Shown here: piece after piece, positions 1 to 10,940 of the stretch
Position numbering within the stretch: the stretch's first letter is position 1
Layout of the letters: each line of letters opens with the position of its first letter
Assembly (NCBI GenBank): GCA_965209055.1
Contig: OZ242374.1
Location: 2,464,001 to 2,528,000, forward strand
Origin: Acidobacteriota bacterium
GTDB lineage: Bacteria; Acidobacteriota; UBA6911; RPQK01; JAJDTT01
Direction of reading: 5' to 3'
DNA length: 64,000 bases
Program-made: the position numbers and the translations under genes
Notes under the pieces: model-generated
Seen by the model: the letters and a program-made list of their open reading frames with translations, nothing else
The model's database searches: none
What the model was told of the DNA's origin: nothing

Positions 1-65
1 AGCTGGGCCGTCGCTTCCTGGAGGCTGCCCGCGGGAATTCCCAACGTCAGGATTCGTTCGCTCAT
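1..65 (-). CDS. hisG: ATP phosphoribosyltransferase, N-terminus only (runs off the window start)
   Basis: Translates [22 protein letters not shown], like the HisG N-terminal LGIPKGSL motif; its ATG overlaps the hisI stop (ATGA). Confidence 0.75.
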   Translation of the reverse strand, partial: MSERILTLGIPAGSLQEATAQ

Positions 66-460
66 TTGGATTTCCCGCTCCCGTAGACCTCGGATGGATC
101 GAATACCGGCTCCGCAACGACGGACAGCTTGCCGTCATCCACCACTCGAAAAAAACAACTCCTGTAGCCCTTGTGGCAGGCGGCGCCTCCCACCTGAGTG
201 ACCCGGACCAGAATTGTGTCGGAGTCGCAGTCCACATGAACCGAATGGATCCGCTGCACGTGTCCGCTCTCTTCTCCCTTCCGCCAGAGGCGGTCGCGGC
301 TGCGCGAGTAATAGCAGACCCGGCCGGTGCGGAGCGACTCCTCCAGCGCCTCCGGGTTCATGTAGGCCAGCATGAGGACGTCGCCCGTCTCGTCATCCTG
401 GGCGATGACGGGGACGAGCCCTCCCTGCTTGTCGAAGTCGATCTGGTCCTGAAGCGACAC
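62..460 (-). CDS. hisI: Phosphoribosyl-AMP cyclohydrolase
   Basis: Motifs [45 protein letters not shown]; GTG start at 460 after a GAAAGGAAGG RBS. Confidence 0.95.
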   Translation of the reverse strand: MSLQDQIDFDKQGGLVPVIAQDDETGDVLMLAYMNPEALEESLRTGRVCYYSRSRDRLWRKGEESGHVQRIHSVHVDCDSDTILVRVTQVGGAACHKGYRSCFFRVVDDGKLSVVAEPVFDPSEVYGSGKSK

Positions 461-462
461 GT

Positions 463-1503
463 TCAACCTTCCTTTCCCGCAGTGTCGAACATGGGTGCCA
501 AGTCCCGGTGGTGATAGAAGAGCGCCGGTGTTCCGCCGGTGTGCACGAAGACGAGATTCTGGCCCTTCCGCCACCGGCCCCGCCGAACGTCCGCCACGAG
601 AGCCCCCATGGCCTTGCCCGTATAGATGGGATCCAGCAGGATCCCCTCCTGCCGGGCCAACAGCGAGATGGCTTCCAGTCCTTCGGGGGTCGGGATACCG
701 TATCCGGCGCCGATGTAATCGGGGCTCGCCTGAATGTCCTCCAGCGTCACGGCCGGTTCGAGTCCCATCAGCTCGGCCGCGCCGTTGGCCAGTTTGGCCA
801 TGTACTCAGCCGTATCGAAAGGCCATTCGATGGGCATGATCGCCTCCAGAACCGCCTCCCATTGAAGCAGTTTCCGGCCCAGGAACATCCCCGCTCCGGT
901 GGAGCCGCTGGAGGAGAAATAGACGGCGTCGGCCCGGACGTTCTGCTCGTCCAACTGGTCCCGGAGCTCCATAAAAGCCCCGGTGTAACTCACGGAGGCC
1001 GCGAACCGCGACGGCGGGTCGGCGATGGTGAAGACCCTTTTCCCCTCGTCCCTCAGGCTGTCGGACTTTTCCTTGATCTTGTTCCAAAGCGGGGGACCCA
1101 TGGGTTCCGAGTTGAGCTCGATCCGGGCCCCGACCAGATGATCCAGGAGGAAGTTTCCCTGGAACTCCATCTCGGCGTGATCCGTGGTCAGGACCAAGTG
1201 GCATTCCAGGCCGAGCTTGGCCGCGGCGGCGGCGGTCTGACGGCAGTTGTTGGACTGGATTCCGGCTCCCCAGACCAACGTGTCGGCGCCTTCCTCCAGG
1301 GCCCGGCCCAGGATGAACTCGTTGTGCCGGGCCTTGTTGCCGCCGAAGGCCAGACCGGTGCAGTCGTCCCGTTTGATGAAGATCCGGGGACCGCCCAGCG
1401 CGGCGCTCAGCCGCGGAAGTTCTTCCAGAGGTGTGGGCAGATGGGCCAGGGAAACCCGGGGAAGACGGTCAATCCTGTCTCGAAGTTCCTGGGGACTGAT
1501 CAT
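463..1503 (-). CDS. D-cysteine desulfhydrase / ACC deaminase family PLP enzyme
   Basis: [39 protein letters not shown] motifs. Confidence 0.9.
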   Translation of the reverse strand: MISPQELRDRIDRLPRVSLAHLPTPLEELPRLSAALGGPRIFIKRDDCTGLAFGGNKARHNEFILGRALEEGADTLVWGAGIQSNNCRQTAAAAAKLGLECHLVLTTDHAEMEFQGNFLLDHLVGARIELNSEPMGPPLWNKIKEKSDSLRDEGKRVFTIADPPSRFAASVSYTGAFMELRDQLDEQNVRADAVYFSSSGSTGAGMFLGRKLLQWEAVLEAIMPIEWPFDTAEYMAKLANGAAELMGLEPAVTLEDIQASPDYIGAGYGIPTPEGLEAISLLARQEGILLDPIYTGKAMGALVADVRRGRWRKGQNLVFVHTGGTPALFYHHRDLAPMFDTAGKEG

Positions 1504-1662
1504 TTCGGGAGTCGATGGTTTGGAGTTTAGAAACTGCGACGAAACTTTCCGTGTTGCCGGCCGAGGCGCCCGCCGACGGCTGACGCCCCCTAGTTTAACA
1601 GCCTGTGGTGAAACTACCCCAAGAGTCGGTCGTATTTCGGCGGAAAATCGGGTCGCGCGCCG

Positions 1663-3252
1663 CTATTGGGGCGCGGCCTCCCTGGCGTGGGTGTACAGCA
1701 ACCTGCCCTTTTCGTCGTAGAAGGTGAAATCCATGCGGGCCCGCCCCTCGCCGGTCCGGCCGATCTTCATGAGCAGGAAACCGCCGGTGGGCTCCTCGTA
1801 GTGGTAGGGCTGTTTCACTTTTCCCTCGGGGTCCGAAGACTTGGGGTCGCCCGGAAAGTACCCGATGATGGCGTTGGCGTCGATCATCGCGCCGACGGAG
1901 AATTCCTGGAAGCCGGAGGGGTGGATGGCGTGGTATTGCCAGTGGCGGTCCCCGCAGATGATGACGAATCGTTCGGGAGAGAACCGGTTTTCCGTCAACC
2001 AGCGGAAGAACTCGTTGCCTTCATGGCGGAATCCCCCGGGATTGACGTGGTTGTCCCGCTTATACTCGTAGCCGGGTCCCACCATGGGGGTCGCGGAGAG
2101 AAGGACCTTGAAGGTGGCGTCGCTTTCCAGCAGGGTCCGCTTGAGCCACTCCTTTTGCTCCTTTCCCCAGATCGTCTTCTGGGGACCGTCGGGAAAGTCG
2201 TTGGGGCTGCGGTAGTCGCGTCCCTCCACCATCCAGATCTGCAGGTCCCGGTTCACTCTTCTGGTGAAGTAGGTCACCGTATCGGACCCCTGCGGATCGA
2301 CGACGGGATACTGTTCCCTGAACATCCGGACCCCCAGCTCGTGGGAAGGAGCGTGGCCGGATCCGGAGTGCGTCGGGTAGAGGTTCTCCTTGGGGTAGGC
2401 CCCGATCCTGTCCTGGGCGTAGACGCGGACCGGGTTCACCGGATCGGAGTCGTTGAACCGGTAGTCGTGGTCGTCTTTCATCCAGTAGGTGGCCACCTGT
2501 GCGAACAGGTCCAGGAATCTTTGCTGCGAGTACTGCTCCTGGTGCTTCATCCGCAACTGGTGCTGCGTCTCCGCCCGTCCTCTCATCTGGTGGCCGCTTC
2601 CGGGGCCGTCGTAATAGACGTTGTCTCCCAGTCCCACGAAGAAATCGGGCTCCAAGGCCAGGATTGTCGCCAACGCCGGATAGCCCAGCGCCTTGTCCGG
2701 TCCGCTGTAAGGCGGTTGGGAACCGCTGCCGGTGTAGTGGAATTTGCTGTAGTGCATGCAGGTGGAGAGGGCGAAGCTGTAGGAGCCCTGTCCGGTTTCC
2801 CCGCCCAGGGTGGTGAACGCCGCCGCCGCCGATTTCTCGAGACGTGACTTGTCCGGTCCGTAGGCCAGGCGGTAGTGGTAGCGGGTTTCCGGCCGCAGCC
2901 CTTCCACCTTCACCTTCACGATGAAGTCGTTTTCCGGGAGGGCGGTGAGCCATTCGGTCCGGATCGGGTCCTTGAAATCGGCTCCCATCGCCACCTCGAA
3001 GCGGGCGACTCCCTCGATGCCCAAAACCCCCGACCAGCGGCGGTCGACGACACGGTTCGTCGAGGTCAGGCGCGACTGGAGGATGGCCGACGTGTCATCC
3101 ACGGCTCCCGCCATCAGACCGTGGCCCAGTTCCATGGGAAAGGGGTCGCCGGACTGGGAGAAACCCAAGGTGCCCGGGACCAGGAATGCAACCAGCGTGC
3201 AGATCCGGGCCAGGCGGCCGATTCTTTCTGTAAGTTCCTGGAAAATGATCAT
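1663..3252 (-). CDS. PhoD-like alkaline phosphatase D family protein (paralog 1)
   Basis: Signal-like N-terminus, fibronectin-like GLRPETRYHY domain, GDNVYYD, DDHD and GDRH metal motifs. Confidence 0.85.
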   Translation of the reverse strand: MIIFQELTERIGRLARICTLVAFLVPGTLGFSQSGDPFPMELGHGLMAGAVDDTSAILQSRLTSTNRVVDRRWSGVLGIEGVARFEVAMGADFKDPIRTEWLTALPENDFIVKVKVEGLRPETRYHYRLAYGPDKSRLEKSAAAAFTTLGGETGQGSYSFALSTCMHYSKFHYTGSGSQPPYSGPDKALGYPALATILALEPDFFVGLGDNVYYDGPGSGHQMRGRAETQHQLRMKHQEQYSQQRFLDLFAQVATYWMKDDHDYRFNDSDPVNPVRVYAQDRIGAYPKENLYPTHSGSGHAPSHELGVRMFREQYPVVDPQGSDTVTYFTRRVNRDLQIWMVEGRDYRSPNDFPDGPQKTIWGKEQKEWLKRTLLESDATFKVLLSATPMVGPGYEYKRDNHVNPGGFRHEGNEFFRWLTENRFSPERFVIICGDRHWQYHAIHPSGFQEFSVGAMIDANAIIGYFPGDPKSSDPEGKVKQPYHYEEPTGGFLLMKIGRTGEGRARMDFTFYDEKGRLLYTHAREAAPQ

Positions 3253-4851
3253 TTAGTCTGGTCCGGCCTCCTTGGCGTGGGTGTAGAGGACATGGCCCTT
3301 TTCGTCGTGGAAGGTGAAATCCATGCGGGCCCGTCCCCCGCCGGTCTGGCCGATCTTCATGATCAGGAAACCGCCGGTGGGTTCCTCGAAATGATAGGGA
3401 TGCTTGATCTTTCCCTCGGGGTCCGACGATTTGGGGTCGCCGGGAAAGAATCCCAGAATCGCATTGGAGTCGTCCATCGCGCCGACGGAGAATTCCTGAA
3501 AGCCGGAGGGGTGGACGGCGTGATACTGCCAGTGCCGGTCACCGCAGACGATCATGAAGCGGTCCGGAGAGAAACCCTTGTCCGTCAGCCAGCGGAAGAA
3601 CTCGTCGCCCTCGGTTTGAAATCCTCCCGGGTTGACGTGGTTGTCGCGCTTTGCGGCGTAGTCGGGTCCCACCATGGGGGTCGCCGAGAGGAGAACCTTG
3701 AAGGTGGCGTCGCTCTCCAGCAGGGTCCGTTGCAGCCATTCCTTCTGTTCTTTCCCCCAGATCGTCTTTTGGGGACCGTCGGGGGAGTCGTTGGGACTGC
3801 GGTATTCGCGTCCCTCCACGATCCAGATCTGCAGGTCCCGGTTCACTCGCCGAGTGGAGTAGGTCACCGCGCCGGACGCCCGTGGATCGGCCACGGGAAG
3901 CTGCTCCCGGAACATCCGCGCGCCGAGTTCATGGGTCGGGTCGTGGCCGGAACCGGAGTGCTTCGGGAAGAGGTTCTCCTTGGGATAGGTTCCCGAATTC
4001 GACTCGTCATAAATATGGATACGGACCGGATTGACCGGATCGGAGTCGTTGAACCGGTAGTCGTGGTCGTCCTTCAACCAGTAGGTGGCCACTCGGGCGA
4101 ACAAGTCCGGGAACCTCTGCTGCGAGAACTGCTCGTGGTACTTCATCCGCAACTGGTGCTGCGTCTCCGCCCGCCCTCTCATGTCCTGGTCGGCGCCGGG
4201 GACGTCGTAGTAGACGTTGTCGCCCAGGCCCACGAAGAAGTCGGGTTCCAAGGCCAGGATGGCGGCCAGAGCGGGATAGCCCAGCTCCTTGTCCGGTCCG
4301 CTGTAGGGTGGTTTGGAACCGTGGCCCGTGTAGTGGAAATAGGTGTAGTTCATGCAGGCGGCCAGGGCGAAGCTGTAGGAGACCTGCCCGTCGGGTCCGC
4401 CCATAGTGGTGAAAATCGCGGGAGGCGATTTCTTGAGCCGCGACTTGTCCGGTCCGTAGACCAGGCGATAGTGGTAGCGGGTCTCCGGCCGAAGCCCTTC
4501 CACCTTGACCTTCACGATGAAGTCGTTCTCCGGGAGGGCGGCGAGCCACGCGGTCCGGATCGGGTCCTTGAAATCGGCCCCGGTTGCCACCTCGAAACGG
4601 GAGATTCCCCTGATCCCCAGGACGCCCGACCAGCGGGGGTCGACGAGACTCTCGGTCGAGGTGAGGCGGGACTGGAGAATCGCCGAAGTATCGTCCACGG
4701 CGCCCGCCATCAGACCCTGGGCCAGTTGCACGGGAAAGGGGTCCCCGGACTGGGAAAAACCCGGATTTCCCATGGCCAGGAAGAGGACAAGAGCGGGGAG
4801 CCGAATCTGGCAGGATCGGCGGGTGATATCGGTGGTCATGGCGTCCTCCAA
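3253..4851 (-). CDS. PhoD-like alkaline phosphatase D family protein (paralog 2)
   Basis: Same motifs; closely similar to the adjacent ORF along its whole length. Confidence 0.85.
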   Translation of the reverse strand: MEDAMTTDITRRSCQIRLPALVLFLAMGNPGFSQSGDPFPVQLAQGLMAGAVDDTSAILQSRLTSTESLVDPRWSGVLGIRGISRFEVATGADFKDPIRTAWLAALPENDFIVKVKVEGLRPETRYHYRLVYGPDKSRLKKSPPAIFTTMGGPDGQVSYSFALAACMNYTYFHYTGHGSKPPYSGPDKELGYPALAAILALEPDFFVGLGDNVYYDVPGADQDMRGRAETQHQLRMKYHEQFSQQRFPDLFARVATYWLKDDHDYRFNDSDPVNPVRIHIYDESNSGTYPKENLFPKHSGSGHDPTHELGARMFREQLPVADPRASGAVTYSTRRVNRDLQIWIVEGREYRSPNDSPDGPQKTIWGKEQKEWLQRTLLESDATFKVLLSATPMVGPDYAAKRDNHVNPGGFQTEGDEFFRWLTDKGFSPDRFMIVCGDRHWQYHAVHPSGFQEFSVGAMDDSNAILGFFPGDPKSSDPEGKIKHPYHFEEPTGGFLIMKIGQTGGGRARMDFTFHDEKGHVLYTHAKEAGPD

Positions 4852-5010
4852 TTCCCGGAATCATAACCGATTTGGGGCGGCAGGAGGCGTTCTCCAAATC
4901 GCCCGGTCTTCGGCACCAAATCGTTCCTCCGGAGTTCGGCGGCTAGGCAACCGCCGCTCCAAGTCGCGGCTCCAGACTTGCTATACTCGCTGATCGATAC
5001 CGGCAAACCC

Positions 5011-5769
5011 ATGTTGAACCTGGAAAACAGGACCGCCCTGATGGTGGGGACGAAGCGGATGGGCGGCGTTGTGGCGCGGCGTCTGGCTCAGGCGGGCGTT
5101 CGGCTGGCGCTCAGCTACCGGGGTTCCAAGCGTGCCGCCGAGGTGCTTCAGGCGGAGTTGGAGCCTCTGACCCGAACCTGTCTGGTCCAGGCTGACGTGA
5201 GCCGGCCCGACGACGTGGATCGTCTGATGCGGACGGTCCGGGCGGAACTCGGGGACCTCTCCTTTCTCGTCAACCTGGCGTCGGGATTTCCGCGGGCTCC
5301 CTTGGATTCGTTGGACGCGGCCGCCTGGGAAGCCGCGGAGCCGGCGGCCCGGGCCAACTATCTCCTGGCGGTCCACGCTTCCCGTATCATGCGGCGGAAC
5401 CCGGGTCCGACCCGGGGACACCTGGTCTTCTTCAGCGACTGGGCCGCCGGAGGGACTCCCTACCGGAACTACCTCCCCTATCTCACCTCCAAGGCGTCCA
5501 TCGACTTCATGACCCGCGCCTTCGCCGCCGAACTGGCTCCCCACGGCATTCTGGTCAACGCCATCGCTCCGGGCCCCACCATGCGCCCGCCGGAAATCAG
5601 CCGTGAGGACTGGGACCGCAGCGTGATCGCCCGGACACCCCTCCGGCGCGAGTCCGCTGCCGGCGAGATCGCCGAGATGATCGTGACCCTCCTGAAGAGC
5701 GAGACCATTACGGGCGAAACCATCCGGATCGACGCCGGCCGCCATCTGGCGGGTCCGGGAGTGGATTGA
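5011..5769 (+). CDS. Short-chain dehydrogenase/reductase (pteridine reductase/FolM-like)
   Basis: Rossmann N-terminus, YxxxK (YLTSK), VNAIAPG, ITGETIRIDAG. Confidence 0.85.
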   Translation: MLNLENRTALMVGTKRMGGVVARRLAQAGVRLALSYRGSKRAAEVLQAELEPLTRTCLVQADVSRPDDVDRLMRTVRAELGDLSFLVNLASGFPRAPLDSLDAAAWEAAEPAARANYLLAVHASRIMRRNPGPTRGHLVFFSDWAAGGTPYRNYLPYLTSKASIDFMTRAFAAELAPHGILVNAIAPGPTMRPPEISREDWDRSVIARTPLRRESAAGEIAEMIVTLLKSETITGETIRIDAGRHLAGPGVD

Positions 5770-5838
5770 TTCCCCCGCCCGCACATTCGGTCCGCAGCCG
5801 AAACTTGCAAGTTCAAGACCGTAATTGCAGTCTAAGCA

Positions 5839-6849
5839 ATGATGTTGCGGTTGATCGGCGCATCGTGTTTTTCACTGATTCTCGTGGCCGAAGCCGTCTC
5901 CGGGGAGACCTCGCTCACCTGGTCCAGGGGCCCCGATCTGGACCTTCCCAGGGGCGGCTACAGCGCCGTCGTCTACCAGGAGGGAATTCTCGTCGCCGGG
6001 GGAGCCTACTGGCGGGAAGGCGAGAAACTCTGGACGGATCGAGTCGACTTCTACGATCCGGAAGCCGAAAGGTGGTCCCAGCGGCCGTCTCTGCCGGAAC
6101 CTCTGGGTTACGGTGGAATGGTCCGGATCGGGGAGGAGATCTACCTGTTGGGCGGAGGCAACGGTCCGCAGCCGCAACGCCAGGTCTTCAAGCTGACGGA
6201 AGGAGGCTGGTCCGTGGCGGGACAGAATCCGGCGCCGCGCTATTTGGCAACGGTGGTGGCCGTCGGATCCACCATCTACCAGGTGGCGGGAAGCCACAGC
6301 ATGACCGATCTGGACCGTTGTACCGATGAGGTCTGGTCCCTGGACATTGCGACCGGCGATTGGCAGAGGTTGGCGCCGATTCCGGGACCGCCCCGGATGA
6401 TTCACGCAGCCGCCGTACTCGGGAGCTCGGTGTACATCTTCGGAGGCTCCACCAAGGAACTGGGGCAGCAGTTGCGGAACCTGGACGACGCCTACCGGTT
6501 CGACACCGGGACGGGGCAATGGAGCCTGTTGGGTCCGGCTCCGGTGGCGGCCCGGGCCTGGTGGGCGGAACCGGTGGGCGAACTGATCTACCTGTCCGGC
6601 GGGTACGCCCGGACGTTTCTGGGAACCGTCTACGAATACGATCCTTCCGGAGACACCTACACCCTGGTTTCCAGCTTTGAGCCGGGCCTGGCGGATACCG
6701 AGTTCCTGCACCTGGACGGAGCCTTCTACGGAATCTCCGGCGAAGACAAGGGCCGGTCCCGCTTCCCCGGGCTTCTCGTCGGCCGATTTCCGGAGGACCC
6801 GTCCGGGGAGGAGTCCGCAGAAGAGTCCGGGGAACCCTCCGGCGAGTAG
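5839..6849 (+). CDS. Secreted Kelch-repeat beta-propeller protein
   Basis: Signal peptide; repeated GG..Y..W Kelch units (IYLLGG, VYIFGG, IYLSGG). Confidence 0.85.
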   Translation: MMLRLIGASCFSLILVAEAVSGETSLTWSRGPDLDLPRGGYSAVVYQEGILVAGGAYWREGEKLWTDRVDFYDPEAERWSQRPSLPEPLGYGGMVRIGEEIYLLGGGNGPQPQRQVFKLTEGGWSVAGQNPAPRYLATVVAVGSTIYQVAGSHSMTDLDRCTDEVWSLDIATGDWQRLAPIPGPPRMIHAAAVLGSSVYIFGGSTKELGQQLRNLDDAYRFDTGTGQWSLLGPAPVAARAWWAEPVGELIYLSGGYARTFLGTVYEYDPSGDTYTLVSSFEPGLADTEFLHLDGAFYGISGEDKGRSRFPGLLVGRFPEDPSGEESAEESGEPSGE

Positions 6850-6900
6850 CCGAAGGACCGCCTTTCCCGTTTCCAGAGCCTCATTCATTCCCGGTGGCCG

Positions 6901-9330
6901 ATGCGCCTGACGAGCGACGGACAGAATGAATCCCGGTGGAAGGATTTCATTCGGCGCTGCGGACTCCGGTACGCGGGATTCTGGCTTGTGGTCCTGGCAT
7001 GGGCGGCCTGCTACTCGCCGCTCTTGAGTGGCTTGAGGGTCGTCACCTACGACGCCCTGGCTCAGAATTTCCCCGCCGCCGCGTTTTCCGCGAGAGCGAT
7101 TCAGCAGGGAGATTCACCCCTTTGGAATCCGAACCTCTTCGCCGGGCATCCCGCGTTGTCCGATCCCCAGATGTTCCTGTTCTCTCCCCTGTTCATGCCC
7201 TTGATGGTGCTGGGGGACCCTCACGACATCCACTGGTTCACCCTGGTCGTGGCGCTCCACGTGCTTTTGGGCGGGATCGGCTTTTACGTCCTGCTCCGGC
7301 GTGAGGACGTGGCGTTGTTGCCGGCGGTGCTGGGCGCCGCCGTCTTCATGTTCGGCGGGTACGCCCTGACCCGGCTGCAACACACGACCATGATCTTGAG
7401 CTACGCCTACTTCCCGTGGGCGCTGGTGCTCTTGCGCCGTCTGTTGAGCTCTCCCCGGGTTGGCGTTGCGGCAGGTTTCGGTGTCGCCGCCGGGGGCATG
7501 GCGGCGCACGGCAACCAGGTGGCGTACCTGCTGTCGCTGGTTCTGGCCGCCGTCGCGGCGGCGGCGTTCTTCAGGGCGCCGGACAAGGTGGCATTTCTAG
7601 TGCGGAGACTGCCCTGGCTGGCCGCGGCCGGGATCCTTGCATTCCTGGTTCTGCTGCCCCAGCTCTACGGCATCTTCCTGTTCCTGGATGACAGCAACCG
7701 TCCCCATTACGAGTACGCGTTCGGGGCCCGGCAGTCCATGTGGCCCTATATTCCGGCAACGCTGCTGGCGCCGGACCTCTTCGGCGCTCTCGGCGACAAC
7801 TATGTCGGGGCGGATGATCGGACCGAGTCGTTGTTGTACGTCGGAGGCCTCGGTGTGTGGGTGCTGGGGTTCTGGGGCTTGTGGCGCGGAGTCCTCTGGA
7901 GGCGCCGCAACCTGTTCTTCCTCGCCATGCTGGCGTTTTCGCTCCTGTACATGCTTGGCGACCTGACGCCGGCGTACCGTTTGTTCTACGAAGTCATCCC
8001 CGGCGTCGCGCTCTTTCAGCGGCCCCTGGACGGCGGGTTTCTGCTCAATATCGCCTTGGCGGGCCTGATCGCCCTGGTGTTGGACGAGGTGTTGCGAGGG
8101 GACCGGGAGAGGCTTCCGTCGCGGCCGATGCAATTGGCAGGAAGGGTGTGCCTGGCGTTTCTGGGGACGGCTTTCACAGTCGCCGTATGGAAGGGCGTGA
8201 CTCTGCACCAGGATTGGCGGCCGGTGCCGGAGGCCCTCGCCGCGGCCGGGGCCTGGGTGTTCGCATCCGCAGTGGTCCTGTTTCTGTTGTTGCGTTACCA
8301 ACAACTGCGATGGCCGTTGTCTCTGACCCTCACAGCCCTTCTGGTGGCCAACCTGGGATGGGTGAACCTGAACCGCAGGATCAATGTGGTGCCGACCGGA
8401 AAAATCAGCCATCCCGGCGGCTTGCCCAAGGCCCACCGGCAAATCGTGGAGTTCATCGGCGAAAATACGGCTGCCGGAGAGAGCGGCGCTCCCCCTCGCC
8501 GGGTCGACCTGATTTACGCCGGTGCAGAGATGTCGAATCTGCCCAATCTCTATCCGATTCATTCCATTTCGGGCGCCAATCCGTTTGTATCCGGCCGCTA
8601 CCAGATGTTTGCGGGCAAACGAAACGTCTACTCGGGACCGCCGCTGTTTTCACCCATGATGCCCGGCTATGCATCGGAAGCACTGGACAGTCTCGACGTG
8701 AAATATGTGATCACCGCCCTGGACCTGGAAGAGTACGATTCGACCTACGATGCCGCCGATCTGCCGCTGGTGGAGCGCTTCGCCAACATCTCGGTCTACG
8801 AGAATCCGGATGCGCTTCCCCGCGTACGCCTGCTGAACCGGTTCCAGGTCGCCTGCAGTCGAGAGCAGGCGGCGGAACTGCTGTCCAGCCCTTCCTTCTC
8901 CCACCACGGCAATGCGGTGGTCGAACTGCGGGATGATCCGGTCCCCGAGTTGCAACGAGTCTTCGGCGCCGGAGGAGCCCCGCCGTGCGCTGACGGCTCG
9001 AGTATCGAGATTTCAACCGAGCCGGGCGGCCCGGATCAGGTCCGGATCGTGAACTATGAAAACGACCGGGTCGAGGTGGTGACCGACAGCAGGCATCCGC
9101 GCCTGCTGGTCCTGGCGGATGTCCTCACCGAGGGATGGAAGGCCTCGCTGGACGGTCGGGAAGTGCCGATCCACTACGCCAACTATGCTTTCCGGGGCGT
9201 GTTTTTGCCTCCGGGACACCACGAGATCAGCTTCCGGTTCCGGCCGTTCGACGCCGACGTCGCCGTCCGTGTCCTGCGGAGAATCTTATCGGGCCGCGAC
9301 GAGAACCCGGTGCCGATTCGTTACCGTTGA
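6901..9330 (+). CDS. YfhO-like polytopic membrane protein (GT-C-type glycosyltransferase)
   Basis: PLWNPNLFAGHP motif, many TM helices, C-terminal GWKASLDG...ANYAFRGVFLPPGHH. Confidence 0.85.
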   Translation: MRLTSDGQNESRWKDFIRRCGLRYAGFWLVVLAWAACYSPLLSGLRVVTYDALAQNFPAAAFSARAIQQGDSPLWNPNLFAGHPALSDPQMFLFSPLFMPLMVLGDPHDIHWFTLVVALHVLLGGIGFYVLLRREDVALLPAVLGAAVFMFGGYALTRLQHTTMILSYAYFPWALVLLRRLLSSPRVGVAAGFGVAAGGMAAHGNQVAYLLSLVLAAVAAAAFFRAPDKVAFLVRRLPWLAAAGILAFLVLLPQLYGIFLFLDDSNRPHYEYAFGARQSMWPYIPATLLAPDLFGALGDNYVGADDRTESLLYVGGLGVWVLGFWGLWRGVLWRRRNLFFLAMLAFSLLYMLGDLTPAYRLFYEVIPGVALFQRPLDGGFLLNIALAGLIALVLDEVLRGDRERLPSRPMQLAGRVCLAFLGTAFTVAVWKGVTLHQDWRPVPEALAAAGAWVFASAVVLFLLLRYQQLRWPLSLTLTALLVANLGWVNLNRRINVVPTGKISHPGGLPKAHRQIVEFIGENTAAGESGAPPRRVDLIYAGAEMSNLPNLYPIHSISGANPFVSGRYQMFAGKRNVYSGPPLFSPMMPGYASEALDSLDVKYVITALDLEEYDSTYDAADLPLVERFANISVYENPDALPRVRLLNRFQVACSREQAAELLSSPSFSHHGNAVVELRDDPVPELQRVFGAGGAPPCADGSSIEISTEPGGPDQVRIVNYENDRVEVVTDSRHPRLLVLADVLTEGWKASLDGREVPIHYANYAFRGVFLPPGHHEISFRFRPFDADVAVRVLRRILSGRDENPVPIRYR

Positions 9331-9467
9331 CGGCTCCACCCGTCCGGTTTGGAGGCCTTCGGCCGCCACCGAAAAGGTCCATCGATCCAACTCGTAGCGC
9401 GCCCCTGCGGTATGATGCGCAACGAACGAATCTTGCCCGCACAAGCGGAGGACAGGAGAGACTTCCC

Positions 9468-10460
9468 ATGACCGGTTCGATAGTTACGATTATTTTTTCG
9501 CTCGTGTTGAGTGCCCCCGGTTTCGCCGGCCGGCTTCCCGCGGAGACCGCGGCGGGTCCGGGCCGTCCCGGTTCGGCAGCCGAATCCGCGCCCGAGGGGG
9601 TCCGCTGCAAAGGCCAGCCCCAAGGCACGTCCTGCTGGATGGAGTTGGCCAACCAGCCGGGATGTTACGTCTGGAACAGCTACTTCCAGGAGGACGAGGC
9701 CCTGACCTGGACCGCAGAGTGCGTCGAGGGCTTGGCTCACGGCAAAGGCACGCTGACGGAGGCCTGGGACGGGGGCAAAAAAAAGGAGGAAAAAACCGGG
9801 CGCATTGTGAAAGGAAAGGCACTCGGGAAATGGGTCTACCGCGACCAGGATGGGAACGTCTCGGAGGGCCCGTTCAAGGAGGGCATGCGTCACGGAGACT
9901 GGGTCGAGCGCCTGGCGGGAGGGACCGTCCAGGAAGGGCCGTATGAGGCGGGGAAACGGCAGGGCAAGTGGTCTCTGCGCTTCGCTACCGGGACCGTCAT
10001 GGAGGGCTCGTTTGCGAAGGGGTACCAAGAGGGCAAGTGGGTGTTGCGTTTCGCTAACGGAAACGTCCATGAAGGCCCGTACAAGGTCAACAGGCGTCAC
10101 GGAGACTGGGTCGAGCGCCTGGCGAATGGGACCGTCCAGGAAGGCCCGTACGTGAGAGGGAGACGGCAGGGCAAGTGGGTGTTGCGTTTCGCTTCCGGCA
10201 CTGTGATGGAAGGCCCGTTCGTGGCCGGGAAGCGTCAGGGTCATTGGGTCGAGCGCTACGCGGATGGGGCCGTCCTGGAAGGCTCGTATGAGGCGGGCAA
10301 GGAGCAGGGGCATTGGGTCGAGCGTTTGGCGGACGGGACCATCCAGGAAGGCCCGTATGAGGCGGGGAAGCGCCACGGATGGTGGTTCAAGCGGAGGAAA
10401 GGGGTCGTGGTTGAGGAAGCGTACTTTGTGAAGGGGGAAGGGGCGTGGGGCCAAAGCTAG
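9468..10460 (+). CDS. Secreted MORN-like repeat protein (paralog A)
   Basis: Signal peptide, Cys-containing N-domain, 8 tandem 23-aa repeats GTVQEGPYxxGKRxGxWVxRxAx. Confidence 0.8.
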   Translation: MTGSIVTIIFSLVLSAPGFAGRLPAETAAGPGRPGSAAESAPEGVRCKGQPQGTSCWMELANQPGCYVWNSYFQEDEALTWTAECVEGLAHGKGTLTEAWDGGKKKEEKTGRIVKGKALGKWVYRDQDGNVSEGPFKEGMRHGDWVERLAGGTVQEGPYEAGKRQGKWSLRFATGTVMEGSFAKGYQEGKWVLRFANGNVHEGPYKVNRRHGDWVERLANGTVQEGPYVRGRRQGKWVLRFASGTVMEGPFVAGKRQGHWVERYADGAVLEGSYEAGKEQGHWVERLADGTIQEGPYEAGKRHGWWFKRRKGVVVEEAYFVKGEGAWGQS

Positions 10461-10516
10461 CAGCCCGTGGTAAAAGTCATCACGGCATTCGACCGTCCCT
10501 GCATCCCGGCGGACTG
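10457..10516. repeat. Left part of a palindromic MITE-like element split by island 1
   Basis: Begins CTAGCAGCCCGTGGTAAAAGTC, a 20/22 inverted match to the end of 21341-21458; ends in the 12-bp att core CCCGGCGGACTG. Confidence 0.75.
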
Positions 10517-10685
10517 ATTCCAAAAATTCCGTAAACTATTCAACTTAAAAGAGTTACGAATATTTCTTCGACTCTCTTCCCCCCATTATTTCCACCTGAT
10601 CGAATCGGATGCCATTGGCCCTTCGTGGCCGTAAACGGAGTAACCGTTCGGTCAGGCCGTGGAAGAGCGGTCGGTCGGCATCCGC

Positions 10686-10868
10686 TCAAGCAGTGCGACG
10701 GCCGGTGCCCTCGATACCGTGGGGTAGCCGTCTAGAAACTCGCCGAGCTGGTCGCCGACTTCGAGGTGCGATCAGCATGCGCACCGGAACCCTGGTCCCC
10801 GAGAATACGGGAGTCGTCCAAGATGGCAGGATTTCTGCAGGATTTCTGTTAGTGAGCTTCTCGGTCAT
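10686..10868 (-). pseudogene. DUF433-family antitoxin remnant
   Basis: NRNPAEIL...TPVFSGTRVPVRML matches the DUF433 GxPxxxGTRVPV motif, then degenerates. Confidence 0.55.
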
Positions 10869-10940
10869 TGTGACCTCCACTCGCGTCCGTCCCGTGTATC
10901 GGTCTGCCAAGCACCCACGCTCGCTCGAATGGGGAGTCTA

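Noticed and set aside
2875-4866. Long antisense ORFs (e.g. 2875-4866, 19758-21458, 22293-23885, 24804-26432, 58984-60876)
   Set aside because: Shadow frames of clear genes on the opposite strand, expected in high-GC DNA; no motifs
9850-10400. 69-bp periodic repeats here and at 23250-23950 as a possible CRISPR array
   Set aside because: They are degenerate in-frame coding repeats with no unique spacers, and no cas genes are seen in the window
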